This document shows positions 17,425 through 27,562 of a stretch of 63,728 nucleotides of DNA, piece after piece. Every line of letters starts with the position of its first letter. Position 1 is the first letter of the stretch. Origin of the DNA: a virus. Lineage: Duplodnaviria; Caudoviricetes. Made by a program: the position numbers and the translations under genes. The stretch is taken from positions 1 through 63,728 of IMG/VR virus record IMGVR_UViG_3300037294_000424; one strand, given 5' to 3'. The notes under the pieces are model-generated. The model was given only the letters and a program-made list of their open reading frames with translations. It was not told the DNA's origin and did no database searches.

Positions 17425-17569
17425 TTATGCGTCTCTTACGCTAATCATTAAAAACCTAACCGTCTATGGCGGCCAGCCTATTGATGCTGTTTATAAGTCC
17501 AGTGTGAGCCTGATAGAAATCGTGAATGACGGGCTTATAGAAAAATACAAAAAGAAAGGGGCGCGATAG
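17390..17569 (+). CDS. Probable frameshift-accessed extension of the tail chaperone (G/GT-like)
   Basis: Open +1 frame fills the gap to the tape measure with no in-frame ATG after 17424; CCC TTT C at 17389-17395. Confidence 0.45.
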   Translation, partial: PFAVPSLFRRFSYASLTLIIKNLTVYGGQPIDAVYKSSVSLIEIVNDGLIEKYKKKGAR

Positions 17570-20148
17570 TGGAAAAGTTAACAGTTGGACAGCTAGAAGC
17601 CAAAGAGCTAAGCCTCGGTTCTATATCGACCGCTTCTATAAAAGGCATGGAAGAAATAGAGCTTGCTGGCGTCATTGAGGCTATAGAAAAAGCCTCTAGG
17701 CATGGGGTCGAAAGCGTGGCTCAGGGTTTTGACGATCTTAAGTCTGCCATAAAAGCGGAATATTCACGCTCAAATGATGGCGATAACATCCAAAAAAAAG
17801 CCATATTAACGCAAGAAAACCCCACGAGCGTTAGTAGCCTAGGCACCGCCACCGCTAAAGAAGCGACTAACCCGCAAGAAATTGCGGAAAAAAAGCGTGA
17901 AACATCCACTAAAAAGGATAAAGGTAGCGAGCCTGTAGCTAAGAAAGAAATCCCACAAAATGAGCTTGAGTTAGTAGAAGTTCCAACTAACAAAGTGAAA
18001 AGTCCCACAGTTAAGCCCGTAACAGACGCGCCAAAAAAAGCGGTAGAGGCTAAGCAAAGTGCAACAGTTGTCACCAGTGGCATAGCGCCATTAATGACAG
18101 ATGAAGCCACAAGCAAGTTTAAAAAAGGTCTTGATGGCCGCCTCCGAAATGAAAAGGGAGCGTTTGCATCAAAGGCAGAAGAAAAACAGTTTAATAAAGC
18201 CAACGGCAGCAATAGCGACAATAGCCCAAGCGGCGACACTAAAGAGCCAGAAAGGCAAACATCCATTTTAAAGCAGATCCTTTTCTCTACTGGAAAGCTG
18301 GCCCTTCTTGGGGCTGGGGGTATGGGCCGTGGTGATGGGGCTATTAATAATACGGCAGGCCTTGCCCTAGGCGGATCTTACTTTATGGCAGCTCAAGAAA
18401 TTGGGCAGATAATGGGGGAGGTAAAAGAGTCACTTTCTAACTCTGGCATTAACTCGTTCGGTGATGCTGTAAACAAGGCAAAAGAGAGCGCCGCCAAAGC
18501 TAAAGACTCGGTTATAGGCTTTGGTGGTAAGGCTGTTAATTTAGTTCGTGCCGTTCAAATGCGCTCAACAGGTGAAGTCAAAGAAAAAGATGAAGCCAGT
18601 GAAGACAAAAAGCCAAGCTTGTTATCCCGCATATTCTCTAGGGCCGAGCCTAAGCCTGACGAAGCCAGTGAAGGCAAAAAGCCAAGCCTGCTAGCTCGCA
18701 TTAAAGACCGTTATCAAGCGTTGTCGGCGCGGCCTGATGAAGCCAGTGAAGGCAAAAAGCCAAGCCTGCTAGCTCGCATTAAAGACCGTTATCAAGCGTT
18801 GTCGGCGCGGCCTGATGAAGCCAGTGAAGGCAAAGAGTCGGCAGCCAAGAAAACCCCTCCCGTCAAATCCTCGCCGCCATGGCTTAAAAGTCGTGGCAAT
18901 CCTCTGTTTAGGTTTTTTGGAAAGCTGAAGCCTGTCCCGACAAAAACCGATGAGGAACTTTTGAAGGTTTACAAGTCAGAGGCTCAAGCGACAGATCAAC
19001 GCCATCAAGAAACAATAATGGCTCTGGGAGATATAAAAGAAGGGATCAAAGGGATCAGTCTTGATGGCGGTGGCGGTGGCTTGCTGGGGGATATGCTCGA
19101 TTTTGCAGGTGATAGACGTAAAAAAAAGAAGGCTAAAAAAGGGGCTAGAGCGCGAACTGGTGGGCCATCAAATCTTTCTCGAACTAACGAGCTGCCTTCT
19201 AGATCTTCTCGGGTTACTCATGCCGAACGGCGGGGGTCTGCATTTAGATCAGCGGGTCGCCCTATCTCTTCAGTCGCTAATGCTGGTGGTGCCTCGCTGG
19301 CTGGTCGGACAATGGGAGGCGCTGCGAGCATTGGCGGTGCTTCAGTAGCAAGTAAGCCTATTGGTGGGATGGCTAAAGCGGGCGGAATGCTTGGCGGCGC
19401 GGCTAAAGCGGGTGGGGCGGTCTTATCCAAACTAGCATTGCCATTGACTATCGCTATGGCCGCTTATGATGGCATTTCGGGGTTTAATGATAGCGAGGGG
19501 CAGAAGAAGGCTTTTAATTTAAAAGAAGGTGAAGAGGCAAGCTTAGGCCAAAAATCCGCTATGGCTGCTGGTTCAATGCTATCTATGGGCGGGTTAACTG
19601 AGCTTGTTGGGTTTAGTGGTGAAGACATTGCTAAGGGGCTGTACGGGCTTTTTTCTGATGATGCCCCGAAGAAAGACGCTAAACCATTAGCGAAAGAAGG
19701 CGAAAAAGAGAAGGCCGAAGCCAAGGCCATTAGCGATTATCCTCCCTCTGGTGCAATTCCTCCCGTTATTGGGGCTTACCCTGCTGCTGGTGCCGTCCCT
19801 GCTAGTGCTGGGGTCGCTTCCCCTGCCGCAATGGCAACTGTCAGCGGTGCCGTGGCAATGAGCGCATTAAAAAACGTCGATGACATAGAGCAAATTGAAT
19901 CGGTCAATAAGTTAAAAGAAGGCGTAGCAAAAAAAGAGGGGGGGAACCGAAACCCTTCAGCGAGCTTTAAACCCCAAGTTATTAGCAACTCAGATCCCGA
20001 AGTCGTTAAGCTTCTCAAGTCTATTGATAAGAAAATGGACTCAGGGGCCACAAAGAAAGCAGGTAGCTCTGCTGGGCAGCCTAGAGCTTCTATCCCCTCA
20101 GACTTTTCGGATCCGTCACATAGACGCCAAGCCAACAATTTAGGGTAA
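17569..20148 (+). CDS. sit: Tape measure protein (P1 Sit-like)
   Basis: 859 aa, Ala/Gly/Lys-rich with glycine-zipper hydrophobic segments; position between chaperone and gp25-like gene. Confidence 0.75.
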   Translation: MEKLTVGQLEAKELSLGSISTASIKGMEEIELAGVIEAIEKASRHGVESVAQGFDDLKSAIKAEYSRSNDGDNIQKKAILTQENPTSVSSLGTATAKEATNPQEIAEKKRETSTKKDKGSEPVAKKEIPQNELELVEVPTNKVKSPTVKPVTDAPKKAVEAKQSATVVTSGIAPLMTDEATSKFKKGLDGRLRNEKGAFASKAEEKQFNKANGSNSDNSPSGDTKEPERQTSILKQILFSTGKLALLGAGGMGRGDGAINNTAGLALGGSYFMAAQEIGQIMGEVKESLSNSGINSFGDAVNKAKESAAKAKDSVIGFGGKAVNLVRAVQMRSTGEVKEKDEASEDKKPSLLSRIFSRAEPKPDEASEGKKPSLLARIKDRYQALSARPDEASEGKKPSLLARIKDRYQALSARPDEASEGKESAAKKTPPVKSSPPWLKSRGNPLFRFFGKLKPVPTKTDEELLKVYKSEAQATDQRHQETIMALGDIKEGIKGISLDGGGGGLLGDMLDFAGDRRKKKKAKKGARARTGGPSNLSRTNELPSRSSRVTHAERRGSAFRSAGRPISSVANAGGASLAGRTMGGAASIGGASVASKPIGGMAKAGGMLGGAAKAGGAVLSKLALPLTIAMAAYDGISGFNDSEGQKKAFNLKEGEEASLGQKSAMAAGSMLSMGGLTELVGFSGEDIAKGLYGLFSDDAPKKDAKPLAKEGEKEKAEAKAISDYPPSGAIPPVIGAYPAAGAVPASAGVASPAAMATVSGAVAMSALKNVDDIEQIESVNKLKEGVAKKEGGNRNPSASFKPQVISNSDPEVVKLLKSIDKKMDSGATKKAGSSAGQPRASIPSDFSDPSHRRQANNLG
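18592..18835 (+). repeat. 78-bp in-frame tandem repeats in the tape measure
   Basis: EASEGKKPSLLARIKDRYQALSARPD at 18661 and 18739, partial copy at 18817, degenerate copy at 18592. Confidence 0.9.
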
Positions 20149-20152
20149 GACG

Positions 20153-20503
20153 ATGGAAAGTAAAGAGATTGATTATCTGATGGGGTTCAGTGAGTCAGGC
20201 GTGGTCACTCACTCTGACGCCAGCGCTGACATTAACAATGTGCTTGAGTGGTTTGATACGCCTATAGGCAGTGTGTACGGGAGGCCTAATTGGGGTAATG
20301 AGCTAGCTCAATTCAAACATGAGCCTGCCAATTCATCGGTAACAGCCATGAATATTGAGTTTAGCGTGGTAGGAACCATTACCCGAGATCTCCCCCACAT
20401 AGTCCTAAGCAGTATTTTTTGTGAGCCTAGCAATGACGAACCAGATTTATATGTAATAAGGCTGGGCATTCCTTCTGGTGAAGTAGTTAAAACAATTAAA
20501 TAA
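20153..20503 (+). CDS. pmgA: Baseplate sheath initiator, gp25/GpW-like (PmgA)
   Basis: TPIGSV.GRPNWG motif of the gp25 family. Confidence 0.8.
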   Translation: MESKEIDYLMGFSESGVVTHSDASADINNVLEWFDTPIGSVYGRPNWGNELAQFKHEPANSSVTAMNIEFSVVGTITRDLPHIVLSSIFCEPSNDEPDLYVIRLGIPSGEVVKTIK

Positions 20504-20518
20504 CTTTGGTGATAAAAA

Positions 20519-21922
20519 ATGAGTGACAACAAAAACTATAAAGCGGAATTTGAAGAAAACATAACTCGCTTTAGCTGGTGGGAAAGGCTGCAAGGATCTC
20601 AGTTTGTGTCGATGATATCCACATTTGTAGGCCAAATGGTTTACAAGTCTGTTGCGGCCTCAGACCGAAATTTACAAGAAGCCTTTTTAAGTACCGCCGT
20701 AAAGCGGTCGTCCATTCTTGCTGCTTCAGAAGACAAGGGGTATATCGGAAGGAAAATAATGCCATCTTCAGGTTTTGTTCGTGCTACCAATTTAACGAAC
20801 GAATTACTTTCACTTCCAAGAGATACGCCATTAATTTCAAAAGCCGCATTAAGTTACGTCTTAACTAATGCCGTCGAACTCCCGCCACTTTCCTTTGTTG
20901 ATATTCCTACGTCTCAACTCGTGCTTAAAGTGTTCAAGACTGTCGTCACTAAAGAAATTAAATATCTAAGCATGTTACTGCCAAAAGACATAACCGCTCA
21001 AACGCACAGGGTAGAAGTGTATGTTTCAGCATTGGGTGGTGGCGCGGAGCTTTGGGAGAAACGCTATATGTTTAGGCGAACAGATGCCAAGACCAAGTGC
21101 TATGCCGAGTTTTACAAACCTACTGAGCAGCTTGGGATCCGCTTCGGTAGCGGTGTAAATGGGAGAATACCGCCATTAAATTCAGAAATAACACTGCGAG
21201 TATGGACAACAAGTGGTGATACTACGCTAATTAACAACCAAGCCTTAGAGATAACAGGCCCACTAGCCTATCTAAATGACCGTATCAGTATTACAACGCT
21301 CACGCCGATAGTAGGCGGGGCTAAAGCTGAAAGCGATGAAGAAACACGCTCAGGGGCGCTTTACATAACCCCTTTTGATAATCAGATTGTCTGGGATGAT
21401 GATTACGCTCATTACATCAAGCAAAACATCGCGAATATAACATGGGTTGTGGCATGGGGTGAGCACGAACAAGAAAAGCAAGACGGCCAGCCTAATGTTG
21501 CAAATATCAACAAGATTTTTGTGACTGCATATTCACCAGTTCATGATCAGCCCAGCCTAGAAAATATAATTGTTGGGCTGCTAAATGGCACTGACTATCT
21601 AAATAAAAGCTACCAGTACAAGCCCGCCAGCCTCAAGCCTTTTGCCATTAATATAACGGGCAAGGCCAAAGGGGATAAAGACTTGCAGCAAGTGAAGAAG
21701 GCTATAAAAGAGATGGTCAGCGCTACCTATGGCCTAAATCCGACGAAAAACAGGCCAGTAGAAATACTTGAAAAAGACGTAAACACTCTAATAAGAAACC
21801 TAAACTTATTGCATGACTTCTCATTGAGCTGGGTCGCATTTCCGTCTCTGATAAAGCTAGATGACTACATTTATATTGATATGGACGCCTCTGTTGTTGA
21901 TATTAAATATTGGGAGGCTTAA
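20519..21922 (+). CDS. bplA: Baseplate wedge, J-like (BplA)
   Basis: FLSTA..RSSI, IRFG.G..G..P, GG...ESDEE.R motifs. Confidence 0.85.
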   Translation: MSDNKNYKAEFEENITRFSWWERLQGSQFVSMISTFVGQMVYKSVAASDRNLQEAFLSTAVKRSSILAASEDKGYIGRKIMPSSGFVRATNLTNELLSLPRDTPLISKAALSYVLTNAVELPPLSFVDIPTSQLVLKVFKTVVTKEIKYLSMLLPKDITAQTHRVEVYVSALGGGAELWEKRYMFRRTDAKTKCYAEFYKPTEQLGIRFGSGVNGRIPPLNSEITLRVWTTSGDTTLINNQALEITGPLAYLNDRISITTLTPIVGGAKAESDEETRSGALYITPFDNQIVWDDDYAHYIKQNIANITWVVAWGEHEQEKQDGQPNVANINKIFVTAYSPVHDQPSLENIIVGLLNGTDYLNKSYQYKPASLKPFAINITGKAKGDKDLQQVKKAIKEMVSATYGLNPTKNRPVEILEKDVNTLIRNLNLLHDFSLSWVAFPSLIKLDDYIYIDMDASVVDIKYWEA

Positions 21923-21924
21923 TC

Positions 21925-22773
21925 GTGGGTAATCATTTTCTTAAGTCCCAGCTCACAACGGCAAAGCAAGCAAGCCCAATGTGGGCAGGGCTTGCAGATG
22001 CCGTGCAGCAAATATTCGACTCACAAGTTAAACCTTTAAGTGATCGAATTGCCGCGCTTAACTCTTACTTCACTATGCACAAAGACGATCTACAAAAGCG
22101 CCTTGATGAAATGGGATCGTTTTTCTATTTCAGTGGAAATATCAATCAAGCAGATATGCCGCTAGCAGTTATGCAAAAACTGGATGAAATACATTTTAAG
22201 CGCACAGATTTACCAATTAAAAATGCAATAAGTCGCGAGTTCCAAGGGTTAAAAGTTGATTGGGCCGCGCTCTACGCCCCCAAGGTGATAACCCCAGATG
22301 GCAGCACTGATTACACGAAAAAGCTCTATAACGGGGCGCTCGTTAATGCGTTAAGAACCAAGGCTGAGATCTCAGACAACAGCGAGTCAGTATCTGATTA
22401 TTTCTTAACGTCGCGGGGTGTGCTTTTAGTGTCGTCAACACTACTAGCGAGCAGCGGCTACGAACCTAGCGAGTTCTCATTAATGGTTGAGCGAATAATC
22501 ACGCCGCTTGTCCCTACAGATATTGTGTTCGACGGTGAGCAAATCCTCATTCATTACGACATTATCGAACCCCTAGAGCGTTTATTTTATTACGAGCAAA
22601 CCGTCACTGAGATATTCAATGCCATTCACGATCCCAAAGTGAAGATCACTGGCAAACCCGAGGTATTGCAAGCGGGCATTATGCTGAACAACAGAGCGCC
22701 TGAGATAACAGGCTATATGAACCGTATTGATGCTATAAGTCTCGATTTTTGGCCTTTAGACATAATCAGTTAA
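21925..22773 (+). CDS. Baseplate wedge protein (P1 gp16-like)
   Basis: Follows BplA; GGAGG RBS before GTG 21925. Confidence 0.65.
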   Translation: MGNHFLKSQLTTAKQASPMWAGLADAVQQIFDSQVKPLSDRIAALNSYFTMHKDDLQKRLDEMGSFFYFSGNINQADMPLAVMQKLDEIHFKRTDLPIKNAISREFQGLKVDWAALYAPKVITPDGSTDYTKKLYNGALVNALRTKAEISDNSESVSDYFLTSRGVLLVSSTLLASSGYEPSEFSLMVERIITPLVPTDIVFDGEQILIHYDIIEPLERLFYYEQTVTEIFNAIHDPKVKITGKPEVLQAGIMLNNRAPEITGYMNRIDAISLDFWPLDIIS

Positions 22774-22806
22774 TACAATTCTGACACATGAAACCAATAA
22801 GGGTAT

Positions 22807-23241
22807 GTGCCAGTGCCAAATTTAGTAGCAAGAGGCGTACTGCTAGCCAATTACTTTAATAAAAGGGCTTTATCTATGATAAGCCCTACGCCTACTTTCA
22901 GACTTAAAACCGTCCAATTCGGACTGGGTTTTTTGGATAATACAACCAACCCCCCGCTTGTAACTGAAATCCCAATCACTGCTAATAAAGCAGACATAAC
23001 AAATGTTTATATAGATACCGTGCCGACCTTTTTTTATGACACGACGCTAAGGCAGATAAAGGTCAGGGCAGAGATCCCTTCTGGTGCGGCTGGGATCCCC
23101 CCCGAGGGCGTGAGTGTAAATGTGGCGTGTATCCTTGATGGAGAAGGTAATGCCGTTGCTATGCTGGCAGGTCAGCCAACAGTGGTTAACTCTGGCAGGG
23201 GTTACATCGTTGTGGGTGTTATTGAAACCGACATAAATTAA
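22807..23241 (+). CDS. Tail fibre attachment protein (P1 gpR-like)
   Basis: 144 aa; synteny 16-R-S. Confidence 0.55.
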   Translation: MPVPNLVARGVLLANYFNKRALSMISPTPTFRLKTVQFGLGFLDNTTNPPLVTEIPITANKADITNVYIDTVPTFFYDTTLRQIKVRAEIPSGAAGIPPEGVSVNVACILDGEGNAVAMLAGQPTVVNSGRGYIVVGVIETDIN

Positions 23242-23253
23242 TGAGTAAACCTG

Positions 23254-24306
23254 ATGGCAATCAAAAGCATTAACTCAATGCGCCCCCCTAATTTGTCTAC
23301 AAAGGCGCTTATTGCCGACGTTCAAGCCTATGAGCCTTATGGATCTTCGGCATTCAACAGGCAATTAAGGGGCGTTATCCCAAAAGGCATTTATCTAGGC
23401 TTCAATCTTTCGCCCGCCCCCTCTGGCCTTAGTGTTGTAGTCTCATCAAGCGGCGCTTCTGCTGCGGCTATTGAGGTGGCGCAAGACTGGCTAATTAACG
23501 TGCGGCAAAGATTAGCTGTAACCCTCGCAGTCCCAGCGGGCCGAATTTCATCGGTTGTGCTTACTGCGTTTTATGATGGCTCCACATTTACGGATCAAGT
23601 TGATGCTGACTCGACAGTAAAAGCCGCTCAATTGCTCGTTGTTAATGCAGGTTCAGAACCTGTGGGAAGCCTTATTCTTGGACAGCTTAACGTGCCATCT
23701 AATGCAGCAAATATAACTAATCAAATGATAAACCTTGATTTAAGGGCCTCCGTGTCATTAGAAGGCTTTTGGCGAGAGACTGAGCAAGACCATGTTTCGT
23801 CAAGCGGTAAGTGGATAAGAACCGCTTTTGACAAAGGGATTAAGCCCTCGCTTGATAAAGTAAGGGCGCTGGCGACCGATTTTCTCGGTACTCCAACAGC
23901 TTGGTTTAAAGAGTCTTGGGTTAACACCTACAGGGGCGGTTCTATTGATGTTGAAGGCAACATTAAATCTGGCGGCAAGCTCTTATCAGTGTCAAATAAT
24001 GTCACTACAGCAGCGAATTTAGCTGTGACGGGTAGCGCGTCAATAACAGAGCATAGAATTACTTTTAACGGCGTTGAACCAGTCACGTTAACGATTAATG
24101 GCGCTTGGTCGGTTGATCAGCGTGTCACTGTGACAAAAACAAGATCAGATAGCGGATTGTTAACCATAGCAAGCTCATTAGATTTGTTTGTTAGAACAAA
24201 TGTCAATGCAGGCAAAAACCATACCTTTAAGGGTGCGGGGCAGTTCGAGCTAACGGTTAACGGTGCAGGCGCATTTGAGCTAACAAGAATATCAGGGGTT
24301 AAGTAA
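23254..24306 (+). CDS. Tail fibre protein, proximal part (P1 Sc-like N-terminus)
   Basis: ADVQ.YEPY.S.A.NR.L.G....GIY.GF N-terminus recalled from P1-type fibres. Confidence 0.7.
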   Translation: MAIKSINSMRPPNLSTKALIADVQAYEPYGSSAFNRQLRGVIPKGIYLGFNLSPAPSGLSVVVSSSGASAAAIEVAQDWLINVRQRLAVTLAVPAGRISSVVLTAFYDGSTFTDQVDADSTVKAAQLLVVNAGSEPVGSLILGQLNVPSNAANITNQMINLDLRASVSLEGFWRETEQDHVSSSGKWIRTAFDKGIKPSLDKVRALATDFLGTPTAWFKESWVNTYRGGSIDVEGNIKSGGKLLSVSNNVTTAANLAVTGSASITEHRITFNGVEPVTLTINGAWSVDQRVTVTKTRSDSGLLTIASSLDLFVRTNVNAGKNHTFKGAGQFELTVNGAGAFELTRISGVK

Positions 24307-25988
24307 TGGAAATTAGCACTTTAATGTCAGGCGGTGGTGGTGGCTTGCCTGTTTCCGCTAGCATAGGGTTAAAGCAAGACCGTTTTGTTGTTGGAATTAA
24401 TGATGAAATATGGCTGCGATCTGGTGTGCTGGAAACTGATGTTTCAAAGTATCCTTTAGCGCCAGTTTCACCTTATCTTAGGACGGCTGTCATTCCTTAT
24501 CAGTTGCAATCTTTCAACGGCAGTTCTGCAACTATAAAAAACACTTATGGTCTGCATAATCGAGTTTATTTAAACACAAAAAAGGACTTGTTATGGACGC
24601 CTTCAGGGGCAATAATTTTTGAATATAAAATAGATGGTACGCCAACTGGCCGTACAATCTTTAATGGGCAGTCCGTTTCCCATATTTGCTACAACCCTTA
24701 TCGTAACTCTATTGTTTCAATTGATTCGATAGGGCAGCTTGCAGAAAACGATATTGATACGGGTGCTATTTTGCGTTATCAAACGCAACTGTTTGTTAAT
24801 GGAACGACAGTGTCAATGGCTGACATGATCGGGTTTAGTTTTGACGGTACTTATTACGTAGCGGCGTATTCTCATGGCAATCAGAACGTAGCGGCGTATT
24901 CTCATGGCAATCAGAACATGTTATTAGTTTACTTTGACTTGGACTTAAATTATATCACGGCAAAATCAATCGTCCTTACTGAGTCAAGTAGTAAAAGTTA
25001 CAAGGCTATTGGGTTCGATATAGATATAAAAGCAAAGATAATTATCGTAACTCGACGCAATGACAGCGGAGAATCTTATTCATGTGGTGTTTCTGTATTT
25101 GATTACGATGGTAATTCGTTGTTTTTATTTGACAAGGGCAAGGATGTTGATGACACTATTTTGGGCGGGCTTTTAGTGCCCCCAGTTGTGTTAAGGGATT
25201 ATGGTTTAATCATGCTGGTGGGGCAGATTGGCAATGCGTTATTGAACACCAACAAGGTTATTTATAGTCGACCTGTGAGTAATACCTTTGCAGCGGGAAT
25301 CACCTTGTTTACTGATGCTGGTGGTTTTGGTTGGGGGCTAAATCCAGCCACTAAGACTATATTCAAATATAGTGGTAGGAGAGGGAAAATTTCATATTTC
25401 GGGCAAAACTATGCGCTAGCAGGCATTACGTCAGCAATACAGGATTTTTGCGGGGCTTCCAATGGGTGCTTATGGGTGCTTGATGGTTTTAGTTTGGTTA
25501 GAGAGTACAATCTACTTGGTGTTGCAACAGGGAAAACTATTACATTAAGCCGGCCGTGCCGCGCAATGGTTACTGACGGTGAATTTGTTTACACGTTAAC
25601 TTATGGCCTTGCTACCACGGAGGTTACAAAGTTTGACAGTAGTGGGGCAATTGTTGAGGTCTTTTTAAGACCTAATATGTTCAATATGCATGACGCTAGT
25701 AGGCACTTAGCCTTTACTGGTGAGTTTTGGGTTGCTCATGCTGGCAACTCCATAGCAATGATTTTAGATAAGGATTTTAACTACCTAGGGCATGAGCACT
25801 CAATCCTCGAAGCATACTATCGGCCCACTCTTTATAACGGCTACAGCGTTCTAGGTAACATTCTTTTTGTAGCGAGAGACCTTGTCCACTATGCCTATGC
25901 CGCAGGTCGGAGCTTTATTCCCGTCATAGGCGAGATGTACGAATCAAAAGATACTAATGGATTACCTAATTACATGAGGATTAAGTAA
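24306..25988 (+). CDS. Receptor-binding/tail fibre distal protein with beta-propeller-like repeats
   Basis: Collar-like termini (WLRSG...YP; GLPNYMRIK) around an AT-rich, beta-rich middle. Confidence 0.65.
   Translation: MEISTLMSGGGGGLPVSASIGLKQDRFVVGINDEIWLRSGVLETDVSKYPLAPVSPYLRTAVIPYQLQSFNGSSATIKNTYGLHNRVYLNTKKDLLWTPSGAIIFEYKIDGTPTGRTIFNGQSVSHICYNPYRNSIVSIDSIGQLAENDIDTGAILRYQTQLFVNGTTVSMADMIGFSFDGTYYVAAYSHGNQNVAAYSHGNQNMLLVYFDLDLNYITAKSIVLTESSSKSYKAIGFDIDIKAKIIIVTRRNDSGESYSCGVSVFDYDGNSLFLFDKGKDVDDTILGGLLVPPVVLRDYGLIMLVGQIGNALLNTNKVIYSRPVSNTFAAGITLFTDAGGFGWGLNPATKTIFKYSGRRGKISYFGQNYALAGITSAIQDFCGASNGCLWVLDGFSLVREYNLLGVATGKTITLSRPCRAMVTDGEFVYTLTYGLATTEVTKFDSSGAIVEVFLRPNMFNMHDASRHLAFTGEFWVAHAGNSIAMILDKDFNYLGHEHSILEAYYRPTLYNGYSVLGNILFVARDLVHYAYAAGRSFIPVIGEMYESKDTNGLPNYMRIK
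24856..24917 (+). repeat. Perfect 30-bp in-frame tandem duplication (VAAYSHGNQN x2)
   Basis: ACGTAGCGGCGTATTCTCATGGCAATCAGA at 24856 and 24886. Confidence 0.95.
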
Positions 25989-26312
25989 ATGGCTCTGATA
26001 GTTGTTAATGCTGGTACAAATTTAGACTCGTTTAAAATAACACGGCTCGCCTTTTTTTCCCGATTTAGTACAGATGAGCTTGTCGCTGTTGATCTTGCTG
26101 GCTTGCTGCCTGATACAAGCGGCGCATACGTCAGGACGTTTATGCTAAAAGTTAATTCAGCGGCTTACATTGATTTAAGTCGTGATGATACGAAAGATGG
26201 TGTTAATTCACTTGTGACATTGAATTTGCTAACGGCTGACCGCGCCAACGAGGTTTTAGAAAATCCCATAACAGATATAGAGCGGCCTACTTGGTCACAA
26301 GGGAGAATATAA
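25989..26312 (+). CDS. Tail fibre-associated small protein
   Basis: ITRLAF..RF..DE pattern common after fibre genes. Confidence 0.55.
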   Translation: MALIVVNAGTNLDSFKITRLAFFSRFSTDELVAVDLAGLLPDTSGAYVRTFMLKVNSAAYIDLSRDDTKDGVNSLVTLNLLTADRANEVLENPITDIERPTWSQGRI

Positions 26313-26743
26313 TGGAAAAAGTACCCGTTATTTTTGGTCGAAACTGGCTACCGTTCAGCGTGTTAATTCGCGTTGTTACAATTAGTCGTTGGAGTCATTG
26401 CGGCTTAATTTCTGATTGCGGCCTGTATGTTTATGAGTCTACATTTATAGGCGGCGTCCAAAGAGTACCTATTGCAGATTTTAAAAAGCGCTACGGTAAG
26501 ACTGCTATGGGGTCTATGTATTGTGTTTCACGTAAAAAGGCATATGAAATCGCACAGTCAAAGCTAGGCCATCGGTATGACTTGCTGGCTGTGTTTGGTA
26601 TTTTATTTAAAACGGGCTGGGGCCGAGATAATCAATGGTTATGCAGTGAATACTTAGCTGAATGCACCCAACTGTTCAGAAGTGACAAAACAGCCTCTAT
26701 CTCGCCAGAAGGGTGTTACAGGCTAACACACGACATAGCGTAG
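26312..26743 (+). CDS. Permuted papain-like NlpC/P60 (YiiX/YebB-like) hydrolase
   Basis: SRWSHCGL (His) N-terminal, YD, and WLCSEY (Cys) C-terminal. Confidence 0.8.
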   Translation: MEKVPVIFGRNWLPFSVLIRVVTISRWSHCGLISDCGLYVYESTFIGGVQRVPIADFKKRYGKTAMGSMYCVSRKKAYEIAQSKLGHRYDLLAVFGILFKTGWGRDNQWLCSEYLAECTQLFRSDKTASISPEGCYRLTHDIA

Positions 26744-26830
26744 TCGCTTATTTCCCAATAATTAACAATCAAAAAAGAAGTCCCTTATCATTCGCTGGTA
26801 AGGGACTTTTTTTATGGGGCTACGAGAAGA

Positions 26831-27124
26831 ATGTTTGTATTAGCTATGTTGCCTCTGGCGGTTGCAGTGATGGTGTTGTCCGTGTTTTCGGGGTTCGCGT
26901 CCTACCTTCAAGGCTTAAGGGAAGAGCGCTTTGAACGTGGGTGGTTAAATTTGTCGGGAGAAATAACCTCGGCAGTGGTTGCAGGTATGGCGGTGTTGTT
27001 TCTTGGGACTTGGCAAGAGCACCCAGAGTCGCTGACTTGTTTAGTTTCATTGGTTGCAGCCTCAAAAGGCAAAGAGTCTCTTTGTGCGCTGTGGGATATG
27101 TTTTTTAAACGAAAGGTTGGGTAA
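26831..27124 (+). CDS. lydA: Holin, LydA-like
   Basis: 97 aa, multiple TM segments, basic C-terminus; first gene of the lyd-dar operon as in P1. Confidence 0.7.
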   Translation: MFVLAMLPLAVAVMVLSVFSGFASYLQGLREERFERGWLNLSGEITSAVVAGMAVLFLGTWQEHPESLTCLVSLVAASKGKESLCALWDMFFKRKVG

Positions 27125-27127
27125 GGT

Positions 27128-27562
27128 ATGGAATTTAATCTAAGCGAGCTATCGGCGTATTCCGTCATTGCTGCGTTGGTATTGGGGTGCATAGGGGATA
27201 GATGGCTGCTGGCAAGAGCTGCGGTAACGATAACGAAAGTTAAGCAGCATAAAAACATGGATGGCATGATCCGTTTTGCTCTGCATTACAAGATGAAAAA
27301 CTTACCTGCATGGTCAGAAATAAGGTATTCACTGGTAGACAAAAAGAACCCTGCGACCATTATCAGCGGCAAAACTCGCGGCCTAGACTTTAGCAAACTA
27401 GGGCTTAATGCCGAGTACCTTTTGCTAAGAGAAGATATTGTCAGCGGCGGCGATTGGGAGCTTAAAATCAAGATAACCACGGTAGCGGGCCGTCTCAATC
27501 CGTTATACAGCCTTTTCCCCTCGCAAACCTTTCACATTCAATCATTAAGGATCGCCAAATGA
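27128..27562 (+). CDS. lydB: LydB-like antiholin
   Basis: N-terminal TM segment; synteny lydA-lydB-hdf. Confidence 0.6.
   Translation: MEFNLSELSAYSVIAALVLGCIGDRWLLARAAVTITKVKQHKNMDGMIRFALHYKMKNLPAWSEIRYSLVDKKNPATIISGKTRGLDFSKLGLNAEYLLLREDIVSGGDWELKIKITTVAGRLNPLYSLFPSQTFHIQSLRIAK

Noticed and set aside
24306-25988. Diversity-generating retroelement or shufflon acting on the fibre
   Set aside because: No reverse transcriptase, no template/variable repeat pair, and no adjacent invertase or repeated crossover sites
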